15,220 nt of DNA, from NCBI GenBank assembly GCA_046726415.1, contig JBKPAK010000158.1:1-15220 (forward strand), given 5' to 3'. The notes beneath the pieces were generated by a model that did not search any database, had not been told where the DNA came from, and was given only the letters and a program-made list of their open reading frames with translations. Both the position numbers and the translations under genes were made by a program. How positions within the stretch are numbered: the stretch's first letter is position 1; each line of letters starts with the position of its first letter. Positions 6,684-14,875 of this stretch are shown here, one piece after another. Source of the stretch: Candidatus Methylomirabilota bacterium (GTDB lineage Bacteria > Methylomirabilota > Methylomirabilia > Rokubacteriales > CSP1-6).

Positions 6684-7697
6684 TCAGCGGGCCGCTCCGA
6701 GCCTCACCGCCGTGGCCTCGGCCTCCAGCGCCAGCTGGCAGGCCCGGAAGCAGTGCGCCTGTGACATAGCGGTCTCGGTCCGATTGAGGATGTCGGAGAC
6801 GAGCCGACGTCCATAGGGCAGGTCGCCGCCGCTGGCGTCCACGTGGCGGGTGGCCTTCTGGTCGACCACGAACAGATGGTTTCCGCCGGGACGCCCGCCC
6901 ACATCCACGTACTTGCGCAGCTCGATGTAGCCTTCGGTGCCCAGGATGACGAGACGGCCATCCCCCCATGTCCCGAGGCCGTCGGGCGTGTACCAGTCCA
7001 CCCGAATGTAACCGGTCCCGCCGTCGCCGCGCAGTATGATCTCGCCAAAGTCCTCCAGTTCTGGCCACTCCGGGAATTTCCAGTTGGCCACCTGGGCTGC
7101 CACGACTTCCGCGTCGGTCGAGCCGGTGAAGAAAAGGAACTGATCCGTCTGGTGCGAGGCGATGTCGGCGAGTATGCCGCCGTACTGCGCCCGCTTGAAG
7201 AACCACGGGGGGCGGCCGGCTGCATTGAGCCGATGGGGCCCTAGACCCACCGTGTGGACGACCTTCCCAATCGCTCCTGCCTCGACCAGCTCCCCCGCCC
7301 GCACCGTGGCGGCATTCTCGAATCGCTCGCTGAAGCAGACCGAGAAGATCCGCCGTGTCTCCGCCTGGACTCGCCGAGCCTCCGCCAACTGCTCCAGCGT
7401 GGTGAAGGCGGGCTTGTCGCTCATGTAGTCCTTCCCGTGACGCATCGCCTCGATGCCAAGCCCGGCGCGGTCGCACGGGATGGCCGCGCTGACGACGAGG
7501 TGGAGGCGTGGATCTTCCAGGATCTCCCGCCGGTCGCCGGCCGGCTTCGCCCGCGGGTACCTCCGACCAAACTGGGCGGCCAGGTCAGGCTCCTCAGCAA
7601 AGAACGCGACCAGCTCTGCCCCCGCGCGGAGCAGGAGATCCGTCTGGGCAAAGATGTGGTCATGGTTGAGGCCGATGACCGAAAACCGTATGGCCAC
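6684..7697 (-). CDS. Gfo/Idh/MocA family oxidoreductase, 337 aa
   Basis: GKDYMSDKP (EKP variant), GAIGKVV, GGILADIASHQ.DQF, ILGTEG.IE; atypical N-terminal IGLNHDHI; GTG start. Confidence 0.9.
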   Translation of the reverse strand: MAIRFSVIGLNHDHIFAQTDLLLRAGAELVAFFAEEPDLAAQFGRRYPRAKPAGDRREILEDPRLHLVVSAAIPCDRAGLGIEAMRHGKDYMSDKPAFTTLEQLAEARRVQAETRRIFSVCFSERFENAATVRAGELVEAGAIGKVVHTVGLGPHRLNAAGRPPWFFKRAQYGGILADIASHQTDQFLFFTGSTDAEVVAAQVANWKFPEWPELEDFGEIILRGDGGTGYIRVDWYTPDGLGTWGDGRLVILGTEGYIELRKYVDVGGRPGGNHLFVVDQKATRHVDASGGDLPYGRRLVSDILNRTETAMSQAHCFRACQLALEAEATAVRLGAAR

Positions 7698-7727
7698 GTC
7701 ACTTCGCCGAGGGCGAGAGGGGCTCGA

Positions 7728-7778
7728 TCAGCCCTTCATCCCCGTCGTGCTGATGCCGTGCGCCAGATACCGCTGGAC
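7728..7778 (-). pseudogene. Relic C-terminus of a carbohydrate ABC transporter permease (MalG/UgpE/TogN-like)
   Basis: Minus frame reads VQRYLAHGISTTGMKG*, matching the QRY...G....G.KG* terminus of CUT1 permeases. In-frame stop at 7794-7796 and no start codon upstream. Confidence 0.7.
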
Positions 7779-7939
7779 GTGATGAGCGCCTGCTCATCGC
7801 CAAGAGAGTGTACCTACCTCCGCGGAGTTCCGCCGGGCGAACGCCCCTGTCCCTCAGCGGGGACGGGACCCAGCCCGCCGAGGAGGCCGGCGACGGTGAT
7901 CGGAGTTACATTGGCGGGACCGCCAGGGAGGGGGAGCCC

Positions 7940-8803
7940 ATGCCGATGCGCTTTGGATTGTTTTCCACCAACGCCTATGCCTCGGTGGAGCCGGGCACGA
8001 TGGCGCGCGTGGCCCGCGCCGCGGAAGCCGTCGGCTTCGAGTCGCTGTGGGGCGGCGAGCACGTCGTGCTGCCGGAACCCCAGGCACCCCCGTCGCCGAT
8101 GGCCCCGACCGACCCCATCCTCGATCCGGGGATTGCGCTCACGTACGCGGCGGCGCTGACAACCCGAGTGCGCCTTGGCACCGGCATCATCATCCTGCCC
8201 CAGCGCAGTCCGCTCGTGCTGGCCAAGGAGCTCGCCAGCCTCGACGTGCTGTCGAGCGGTCGGCTCATCGTCGGCATCGGCGTCGGCTACCTCGAGGCGG
8301 AGTTCCGGGCGCTCGGCGCGCCCTTCGAGCACCGAGGTGCTGTCACCGACGAATATCTCGCCGCCATGCGCTCCATCTGGGAGCAGGTGAAGCCCGCCTA
8401 TCACGGGCGCTTCGTCTCGTTCGCCAACGTGCAGGCCTATCCCCGGCCCGTGCAGCGTCCGCATCCGCCCGTGGTGATCGGCGGTCGCTCCGCCCCGGCC
8501 TTTCGCCGCGCCGTGCAGCAGGGCAACGGCTGGTATGGCTTCGCGCTCGACCTCGACGGAACCCGGCGCGCCCTGGACGGGCTCCGCGAGGCGGCGGCGC
8601 AGCACCCGCGCCCGGCTGCCCTCGGCGACCTCGAGATCAGCATCACGCCGGGCCGTGGTGTCGGGGTCGACCTCGCGACGTGTGAGAAGTACGCGGCGCT
8701 CGGCGTGCACCGGCTGATCCTCATGCCGTCCGCGAAGCTCGACGCCGACGGCCTTGAGCGCTACGTCGAGACCGTGGGCGAAAAGCTCGTCGGGCGGATG
8801 TAG
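7940..8803 (+). CDS. LLM-class (luciferase-like) oxidoreductase, probable F420-dependent Rv2161c-type, about 287 aa
   Basis: RBS GGAGGGGGAG. Motifs AE..GFESLW.GEHVVLP, DP...L..AAA.T.RVRLGTGI.ILPQR.P..LAKELASLD.LS.GR, P.PVQ.PHPP..IGG.S..AFRRA...GNGW. Confidence 0.9.
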   Translation: MPMRFGLFSTNAYASVEPGTMARVARAAEAVGFESLWGGEHVVLPEPQAPPSPMAPTDPILDPGIALTYAAALTTRVRLGTGIIILPQRSPLVLAKELASLDVLSSGRLIVGIGVGYLEAEFRALGAPFEHRGAVTDEYLAAMRSIWEQVKPAYHGRFVSFANVQAYPRPVQRPHPPVVIGGRSAPAFRRAVQQGNGWYGFALDLDGTRRALDGLREAAAQHPRPAALGDLEISITPGRGVGVDLATCEKYAALGVHRLILMPSAKLDADGLERYVETVGEKLVGRM

Positions 8804-8848
8804 GGCGGGAGGGCTCCAGGCGCTGGCGGACATCTGCCGGGGATCCGA

Positions 8849-8876
8849 TTGACAGGCCCGATGGTTCCCCCATAAT
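8849..8876 (+). promoter_or_regulatory. Near-consensus sigma70 promoter of the solute-binding protein gene
   Basis: TTGACA (8849-8854), 16-bp spacer, CATAAT (8871-8876). Confidence 0.75.
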
Positions 8877-8888
8877 GGCGCCGCCATT
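8874..8888. promoter_or_regulatory. Candidate operator overlapping the -10 and start site
   Basis: Perfect 7-1-7 inverted repeat AATGGCG-C-CGCCATT. Confidence 0.45.
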
Positions 8889-8930
8889 CGCGCTCGGCGC
8901 GCGCATCTGAACTCAATGAGGAGGCCGACC

Positions 8931-10460
8931 GTGCACCATCTCAGACTGGCCGTGTGTGCTCTGCTCGCCTTGATTGCCGTCACCTCACCCGCCGCCGCCG
9001 CTCCCGAGGGGCAGCTGACGTGGGGTGTTCACATCTCATTGGCGCCGACGTGGTTCGATCCCGCCGAGACGCAGGGAATCATCACGCCGTTCATGGTGAT
9101 GTACGCGATTCACGACGCGCTAGCCAAGGCCATGCCCGGAAACCCGACCGCGCCGAGCCTGGCCGAGTCGTGGCAGATGTCGCCCGACGGGCGCGTGTAC
9201 GACTTCACCTTGCGCAAGGGGGTGAAATTCCACAACGGCGACCCGCTCACCTCCGAGGACGTGAAGTTCTCGTTCGAGCGCTACAAGGGGGCTGCTGCGA
9301 AAACCCTCAAGGACCGCGTGGCCGCCGTGGAGACGCCAGGTCCCCTCCACGTGCGGTTCCGGCTGAAGAACCCCTGGCCCGACTTCATGACGTTCTACAC
9401 GGCGGCCAGCGGCGCAGGCTGGATCGCGCCAAAGAAGTACGTCGAAAAGGTCGGCGAGGACGGGTACAAGAAGGCGCCCATCGGCGCCGGGCCCTACAAG
9501 TTCGTCGCCTTCAACCCGGGGATCGAGCTAGTCATGGAGGCCTTCGATGGGTACTGGCGCAAGACGCCGAGCGTGAAGCGGCTGGTCTTCAAGGTCATCA
9601 CGGACGAGACGACCCGGTTGGCCGCCCTGAAGCGCGGCGAGGTCGACGTGGTGTATTCGATCCGCGGGGAGCTCGCGGAAGAGCTCCTGCGCACCCCAGG
9701 GCTCACCTTGAAGCCGACGGTCATCCAGGCCCCGCAGTGGTTGAGCATGCTGGACCAGTGGGATCCGAAGTCGCCCTGGCACGACAAGCGCGTGCGCCTG
9801 GCCGCCAACCTGGCGATCGACCGCAAGGCCATCAACCAGGCCATCACCCTCGGCCACTCGAAGCTGACGTACAGCATCATCCCGAGCACGTTCGACTTCT
9901 ACTGGCAGCCCCCCAATCCCTATCCGTTCGATGTCGCGCAGGCCAAGAAGCTCCTCGCCGAAGCGGGCTACCCGAGCGGCTTCGACGCGGGCGATTATTA
10001 CCTGGACATCTCGTACGCGAACGTACAGGAAGCGATCGCGGGCTACCTGCAGCAGGTCGGCATTCGCTCCAAGCTGAGGCCGGTCGAGCGCGCGACGCAC
10101 TGGAGCAGCTACCAGGACAAGAAGTACAAGAACCTCGCGTACACGGCGAGCGGCGCGTTTGGCAACGCAGCGACCCGCCTGGAGACCTTCGTGATCGCCG
10201 GCGGTTCGTACGTCTACGGCAGCTATCCGGACATCGACTCGCTCTTCAAGGACCAGGCGGCCGAGCTCGATCGCAAGAAGCGCGAGGCGCTCCTCCACAA
10301 GATCCAGCAGCTCATGCACGAAAAGGCCATGCACATCCCGATCTGGGAGCTGGCCTTCATCAATGGACAAAGCGCCCGGGTCCAGGAATCCGGGCTCGGT
10401 CTCATCCCCGGCCATGCCTACTCCGCGCCCTACGAGGACGTGACGCTCAAGGCAAAGTGA
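8931..10460 (+). CDS. ABC transporter substrate-binding protein, family 5 (peptide/nickel type), about 509 aa
   Basis: RBS GAGGAGG then GTG 8931. Signal peptide ending SPAAA/A. Motifs PSLAESW..S.DG..Y.F.LRKGVKFHNG..LT.EDV.FS.ER, PIG.GPYKF, D.RVR.A...AIDR, AKKLLAEAGYP.GF. Confidence 0.94.
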   Translation: MHHLRLAVCALLALIAVTSPAAAAPEGQLTWGVHISLAPTWFDPAETQGIITPFMVMYAIHDALAKAMPGNPTAPSLAESWQMSPDGRVYDFTLRKGVKFHNGDPLTSEDVKFSFERYKGAAAKTLKDRVAAVETPGPLHVRFRLKNPWPDFMTFYTAASGAGWIAPKKYVEKVGEDGYKKAPIGAGPYKFVAFNPGIELVMEAFDGYWRKTPSVKRLVFKVITDETTRLAALKRGEVDVVYSIRGELAEELLRTPGLTLKPTVIQAPQWLSMLDQWDPKSPWHDKRVRLAANLAIDRKAINQAITLGHSKLTYSIIPSTFDFYWQPPNPYPFDVAQAKKLLAEAGYPSGFDAGDYYLDISYANVQEAIAGYLQQVGIRSKLRPVERATHWSSYQDKKYKNLAYTASGAFGNAATRLETFVIAGGSYVYGSYPDIDSLFKDQAAELDRKKREALLHKIQQLMHEKAMHIPIWELAFINGQSARVQESGLGLIPGHAYSAPYEDVTLKAK

Positions 10461-10469
10461 CCGCCGCGG

Positions 10470-11630
10470 TCAGGGTTCGCCGGCGGATGTCACCGTCTTG
10501 ACAGGAGCGCCGGTCGACAGATACACGCGGGCCACGCGCGGCCCGACGGTAGTGGCCACGTGGTGCAGGCCGAGGCCATGCTGTCTGGCCACCTCCGCGG
10601 CGGTGATTTCGGCATCACCCTGGCGGCCGATGATCACGACCTCGTCGCCGACGTGAGCGTCCGGCACCTGGGTTAGGTCGATGCGCGTGTGCTCGAGCGA
10701 GGGGCCGCCAATGATGGGCGCGGCTCGCCCGCGCACGAGGACCCGCCCGGCGTGGAGCCAGAGGAGGCCGTCGGCCGAGCCCATGGGGATCACCCCGAGC
10801 TTCATTGATGCCGTCAGGGGAAACGGCGCCAGCTCGGCGAAGCGCTCCCGCGGCGACAGTTCCTTGAGGGCGATGATGCGCGTGGTGAGCGCCCGAAAAG
10901 TCGGTCGCAACGGCAGGGACGATGTCTCGCCGGGGAACGTAATCCCATAGAGCATTCGCCCGGGATCGACGGCGTTCAGGTACGTCTGGGGGAACTTCAG
11001 CACGAAAGGCGAGGCGGCGAGCAAGCGAGTGGGCACCGGCACCCCCCGGGCCTCCAGCTCGTCGACCACCGTGGTAAACCGGCCGAGCTGCCACTCGGCG
11101 TACGCGGGGTCGTCGCCGTCGTGGGGGTGAGCGCAGAGTCCGGCCAGGCGCAGGCGCGGCAGCTCCAGCATGGCCGTGACGATCTTCACCGCTTGCTCGG
11201 CCGGCACGCCCAGCCGCTCGAGCCCGACGTCGACCTTGACGAACACGTCGCACGGGCCGGCGGCCGCTTCCGAATACGCCCGCGCGCCGTCGAGGTCCGT
11301 AAGCGCCGGGGTGAGAGCGTGAGCGATGGTGTCCGGCGCGGCCTCGGGCAATGAGTTCGGGTATACGAGGATCGGTGTGGTGATCCCGCGCCGGCGGAGG
11401 CGGATTCCCTCGGCGAGATCGGCGACGGCCAGTGCATCGGCGCCATGCGCGGAGAAGACGGCCCCCATCTCGGCGGCGCCGTGCCCGTAGCCGTCGGCCT
11501 TGACCACCGCGAAGATCTTTCGCCCCGGTCCCACCCGCTGGCGCACGGCCCGCACGTTCGCCGCGGCGGCATCGAGGTCGATCTGGAGGGTGGTCGGCCG
11601 GGGCGGTCGCGACGCGGGTGTGGTCGTCAT
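10470..11630 (-). CDS. alr: Alanine racemase-family (fold type III PLP) enzyme with divergent active site, 386 aa
   Basis: IDLDA...N, AVVKADGYGHG (PLP Lys), LAVA.L.EGI.LR..GI..PILV, KVD.G..RLG, GDEVVIIGRQG; RBS GAGGAG. The symbol is family-level only; several racemase residues are substituted (see findings). Confidence 0.88.
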   Translation of the reverse strand: MTTTPASRPPRPTTLQIDLDAAAANVRAVRQRVGPGRKIFAVVKADGYGHGAAEMGAVFSAHGADALAVADLAEGIRLRRRGITTPILVYPNSLPEAAPDTIAHALTPALTDLDGARAYSEAAAGPCDVFVKVDVGLERLGVPAEQAVKIVTAMLELPRLRLAGLCAHPHDGDDPAYAEWQLGRFTTVVDELEARGVPVPTRLLAASPFVLKFPQTYLNAVDPGRMLYGITFPGETSSLPLRPTFRALTTRIIALKELSPRERFAELAPFPLTASMKLGVIPMGSADGLLWLHAGRVLVRGRAAPIIGGPSLEHTRIDLTQVPDAHVGDEVVIIGRQGDAEITAAEVARQHGLGLHHVATTVGPRVARVYLSTGAPVKTVTSAGEP

Positions 11631-11661
11631 GGCGGCTCCTCTTCGAGGAGGATACTCGGAA

Positions 11662-12744
11662 TCACACCCGCGGGATCAGGTGCGCGTCGCCCGTGCCCCA
11701 GCCGACTTCCACGGTGGCGCCCTCCCGGACGGACTCCGGCGGCGCGCCAGCGATGCGAAGGCGCAGCGCCTGCGTTCCCACTGCGCCGATCGCGAGAACG
11801 CTGTCGCCGTAGTTGGCGACGACGTCGATGCGCATGGCAAGGCGGTTGGGCGGGCCGGGGGCGCCCCCGGCGCCGGCCAAGCGGATGCGCTCGGGCCGTA
11901 CCAGCACGTCGACGGCGCCACCCCCGATCCGGCGGCAGGCTTCGGGATCGACCTGGATGGGACCAAGGCCATCCAGGGCGACGGTGCCAGGGCGTGCGAG
12001 GTCGAGGGTGCCCGTGAAGAAGTTGCTGTCGCCGATGAACTCGCCGACGAAGCGCGTGCGCGGCCGGTGGTAAACCTCCAGCGGCGGCGCGACCTGCTCG
12101 AGCTTGCCATGGCTGAAGACGGCGACGCGGTCGGACATGGTCATGGCCTCGCTCTGGTCGTGGGTGACGTACACCATGGTGATGCCGACCTCGCGGTGGA
12201 TGCGCTTGAGCTCGACCTGCATCTGCTCGCGCAGGTTCTTGTCGAGCGCGCCGAGTGGCTCGTCGAGGAGCAGCACGTCCGGGTCGAAGACGAGCCCGCG
12301 CGCGAGCGCGACGCGCTGCTGCTGGCCTCCCGACAGTTCGCGCGGGTACCGGCCGGCGAAGCCGCCGAGGCCGACCAGGTCGAGGATCTCGCGCACGCGC
12401 GCGGCCTGGTGATCGCGGGGGAAGCGGCGCATGCGGAGGGGGAAGGCGACGTTGCGCTCGACGGTCATGTGCGGAAAGAGGGCGTAGTTCTGGAAGACCA
12501 TGCCGATGTTGCGCTCGTACGGCTTGCGACGGGTGAGGTCTTCTCCACCGAGCTCGATGGCGCCGGCGGTGGGTTCCTCGAAGCCCGCGATCATCATAAG
12601 GGTCGTCGTCTTGCCAGAGCCACTCGGACCGAGGAAGGTGAGGAACTCGCCCCGCGCGATGTCAATGTCGATGTCGTCGACGGCGTTGACGCGGCCGTCG
12701 TAGGACTTGACGACGTTGCGGAGCCGAAGGTACGGCGTGCTCAC
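11662..12744 (-). CDS. ABC transporter ATP-binding protein, PotA-like (polyamine/opine class), 360 aa
   Basis: Walker A GPSGSGKTT, VFQNYALFPHM, LSGGQQQRVALAR, LLLDEPLGALD, YVTHDQ.EA, C-terminal TOBE-like region. Confidence 0.95.
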   Translation of the reverse strand: MSTPYLRLRNVVKSYDGRVNAVDDIDIDIARGEFLTFLGPSGSGKTTTLMMIAGFEEPTAGAIELGGEDLTRRKPYERNIGMVFQNYALFPHMTVERNVAFPLRMRRFPRDHQAARVREILDLVGLGGFAGRYPRELSGGQQQRVALARGLVFDPDVLLLDEPLGALDKNLREQMQVELKRIHREVGITMVYVTHDQSEAMTMSDRVAVFSHGKLEQVAPPLEVYHRPRTRFVGEFIGDSNFFTGTLDLARPGTVALDGLGPIQVDPEACRRIGGGAVDVLVRPERIRLAGAGGAPGPPNRLAMRIDVVANYGDSVLAIGAVGTQALRLRIAGAPPESVREGATVEVGWGTGDAHLIPRV

Positions 12745-12775
12745 CCCACGTGGTGGAGCCCGAGGTCCGCCACGC

Positions 12776-14875
12776 TCACCGCGCGGGGACGATCAGCGCG
12801 TCGACGACGACGCAGCCCCGCCCGGCCGGGCGAACGACGATCGGGTTGAGGTCGATCTCCTCGATGTGGGCGCGTTCGGCGTGGGCGAAGTCGGCGAGGG
12901 TTTCGAGGCAGTGCACGAGACTCTCGACGTCGGCGGGCGGACTCCCCCGCTGGGCCCCCAGCGAGGGAGCGCCGCGGATCTCGCGCACCATGGCGCCGGC
13001 ATCGCCCTCGCGCAGCGGCAGCGGGCGCAGGGCGAAGTCACGCAGGAGCTCGACGGCGACGCCGCCCACGCCGAAGGCGAACACGTGGCCGAACTCGGGG
13101 TCGCGGCTCACCCCGGCGAAGACCTCGACGCCGCCGGTGACCATCTCCTGGACGAGGAAGCCAGCAACGCGGGCCGACGAGGGGATGCGTCCCTCGAGGG
13201 ACTTCCAGGCCTTCTCGAGCGCGGCGTCGTCGGCGAGCGCGAGCGCCACCAGGCCGAGGTCGGTCTTGTGGCCGATGTCGTCGGAAACGACCTTGAGAGC
13301 CACGGGATAGCCGAGCTCGCGCGCGGACGCCCGCGCGTCGGCCAGCGATGCGGCCAGCCGCTCGCGCGCGACGGGCACGCCATGCGCGGCGAGGAGCCGC
13401 TTCGCGTCGTGCTCGTGGATGCTCGGGCGCGCGCCACCGGCCAGGAAACTGGCTACGCTTGGCCCGGCGAGCGGGCGCGAGGGCCGTCGCGGCGGCCGCG
13501 GCTCGGCCCACGCGGCCATCCGGTCCACGGCGCCCAGCCCCTGGCGGGTGCCGCCGATCATCGGAATGCCAAGCCCGGCGAGGAACTGTACCTGTTGCCG
13601 CTGCATGACGCCGGGCCGGGTGTTCATCATGAAGTGGGGCTTCCGGCTCGTCTGGGCGGCAGCGGCGAAGAGGCGCGCGTAATCGAGCGCTCGCTCGGCC
13701 TGCCCCATCGGCGCTTCGTCGCAGCTGTCGCTGCAGAACGCGATGGCGTCCACTGTGGTCGCCGCGTCGAGGGCGGCGAGGGCGTGGGGGAGGTTGGTGC
13801 GGTAGTCTCCGTTGCCCCACGCGTCGAGCGGATTGCCATCTCCGGTGATGGAGCCCACCACTCGCTCGACCTCCTGTCTGGTCTCGGGCGGCAGGGGAGG
13901 CAATGCGAGATCGACGGTCGAGGCCACGTCGAGGATCAGCTCGGCCTGGCCGCCAGAGGCGGTGACGACGGCGAGGCGGCGGCCGCGCGGCCACCGGTGC
14001 CCCTGGCACACCGCGAGCACCTCGGTCAGCTCGTCGAGGTCGTTCACCTCGATCGCCCGGTGGGCCCGCAGCATGGCCGAAAACACGCGCGATTCGCCGG
14101 CGAGACCGCCGGTGTGGGTGGCGATGGCGCGGCGCGTGCGCTCGTGACGACCCACTTTGAGGACCACCACCGGCTTGCCGCGGTCGGCGGCGCGGTCGAG
14201 CGCGGCGACGAAGCGCTCGGGATCGCCGACCCACTCGGTGAACGCGGCGATCAGAGCGGTGTGCTCGTCGTCGACGAGCGCGTCGATGTAGGCGGCCGTG
14301 CTGACCACGGCCTCGTTGCCCGACGAGATCACGTGGCTGTAGCCGAAGCGGCGCACGTCGGCGAGCAGGCCGATGCAGACGGAGCCGCTCTGAGAGACCA
14401 GGCCCACGTTGCCGGCCAGACCGCGGGGGTCCCGCACTTCCTGCAGGTAGAGCGAGCTGCGGTCGTGGGGGTTGAGGATGCCCATGCAGTTGGGTCCGCA
14501 CAGGGCGATCCCGGCCTCGCGGCAGATGCCCGCGATCTCGGCCTGGAGCGCGCGTCCCTCCTCGCCGCGCTCGGCGAAGCCGCCGTCGAAGATCACGGCA
14601 CCCCGCGCGCCGGCGTCCGCGAGCGCCCGGAAGTTCTCGAGGATGCGCGTCGCGCTGACGCAGAGGCAGACCACATCGGGCGCTTCCGGCAGGTCGTGCA
14701 CGCTCCCGTAACAGCGCTGGCCCAGGACTTCGGGATAGCGGGGGTTGATCGGGTAGACGCGCCCCGCGAAGCCGAGGCGCCCCGCCGACTCGAGGAGCGC
14801 ACGCCCGATCGACGGGCGTTCGGAGGCGCCGAGGACGGCGATGGAGCGGGGACGGAGCAGGACGTCAAGCGACAT
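12776..14875 (-). CDS. ADP-forming acetate/acyl-CoA ligase family protein (fused CoA-binding, ligase and ATP-grasp domains), 699 aa
   Basis: L.PRSIAVLGAS, YPINP, GPNCMG, SQSG, S.GNE, KPVVVLKVGR, THTGGLAG (phospho-His), SGG, NPLD, GYPV.LK, HKTD.G.V, EIDLNP, VDA. ATG 14875 with RBS GGGAGG; overlaps the permease stop. Confidence 0.93.
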   Translation of the reverse strand: MSLDVLLRPRSIAVLGASERPSIGRALLESAGRLGFAGRVYPINPRYPEVLGQRCYGSVHDLPEAPDVVCLCVSATRILENFRALADAGARGAVIFDGGFAERGEEGRALQAEIAGICREAGIALCGPNCMGILNPHDRSSLYLQEVRDPRGLAGNVGLVSQSGSVCIGLLADVRRFGYSHVISSGNEAVVSTAAYIDALVDDEHTALIAAFTEWVGDPERFVAALDRAADRGKPVVVLKVGRHERTRRAIATHTGGLAGESRVFSAMLRAHRAIEVNDLDELTEVLAVCQGHRWPRGRRLAVVTASGGQAELILDVASTVDLALPPLPPETRQEVERVVGSITGDGNPLDAWGNGDYRTNLPHALAALDAATTVDAIAFCSDSCDEAPMGQAERALDYARLFAAAAQTSRKPHFMMNTRPGVMQRQQVQFLAGLGIPMIGGTRQGLGAVDRMAAWAEPRPPRRPSRPLAGPSVASFLAGGARPSIHEHDAKRLLAAHGVPVARERLAASLADARASARELGYPVALKVVSDDIGHKTDLGLVALALADDAALEKAWKSLEGRIPSSARVAGFLVQEMVTGGVEVFAGVSRDPEFGHVFAFGVGGVAVELLRDFALRPLPLREGDAGAMVREIRGAPSLGAQRGSPPADVESLVHCLETLADFAHAERAHIEEIDLNPIVVRPAGRGCVVVDALIVPAR

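Noticed and set aside
7801-7939. Riboswitch or ncRNA in the divergent intergenic region (also 383-563 and 4868-5081)
   Set aside because: Only short GC-rich stems, with no recognisable conserved aptamer; an Rfam/Infernal scan would be needed to exclude one fully.
8954-10501. 515-aa alternative-frame plus-strand ORF
   Set aside because: Arg/Pro/Gly-rich off-frame reading of the binding-protein gene.
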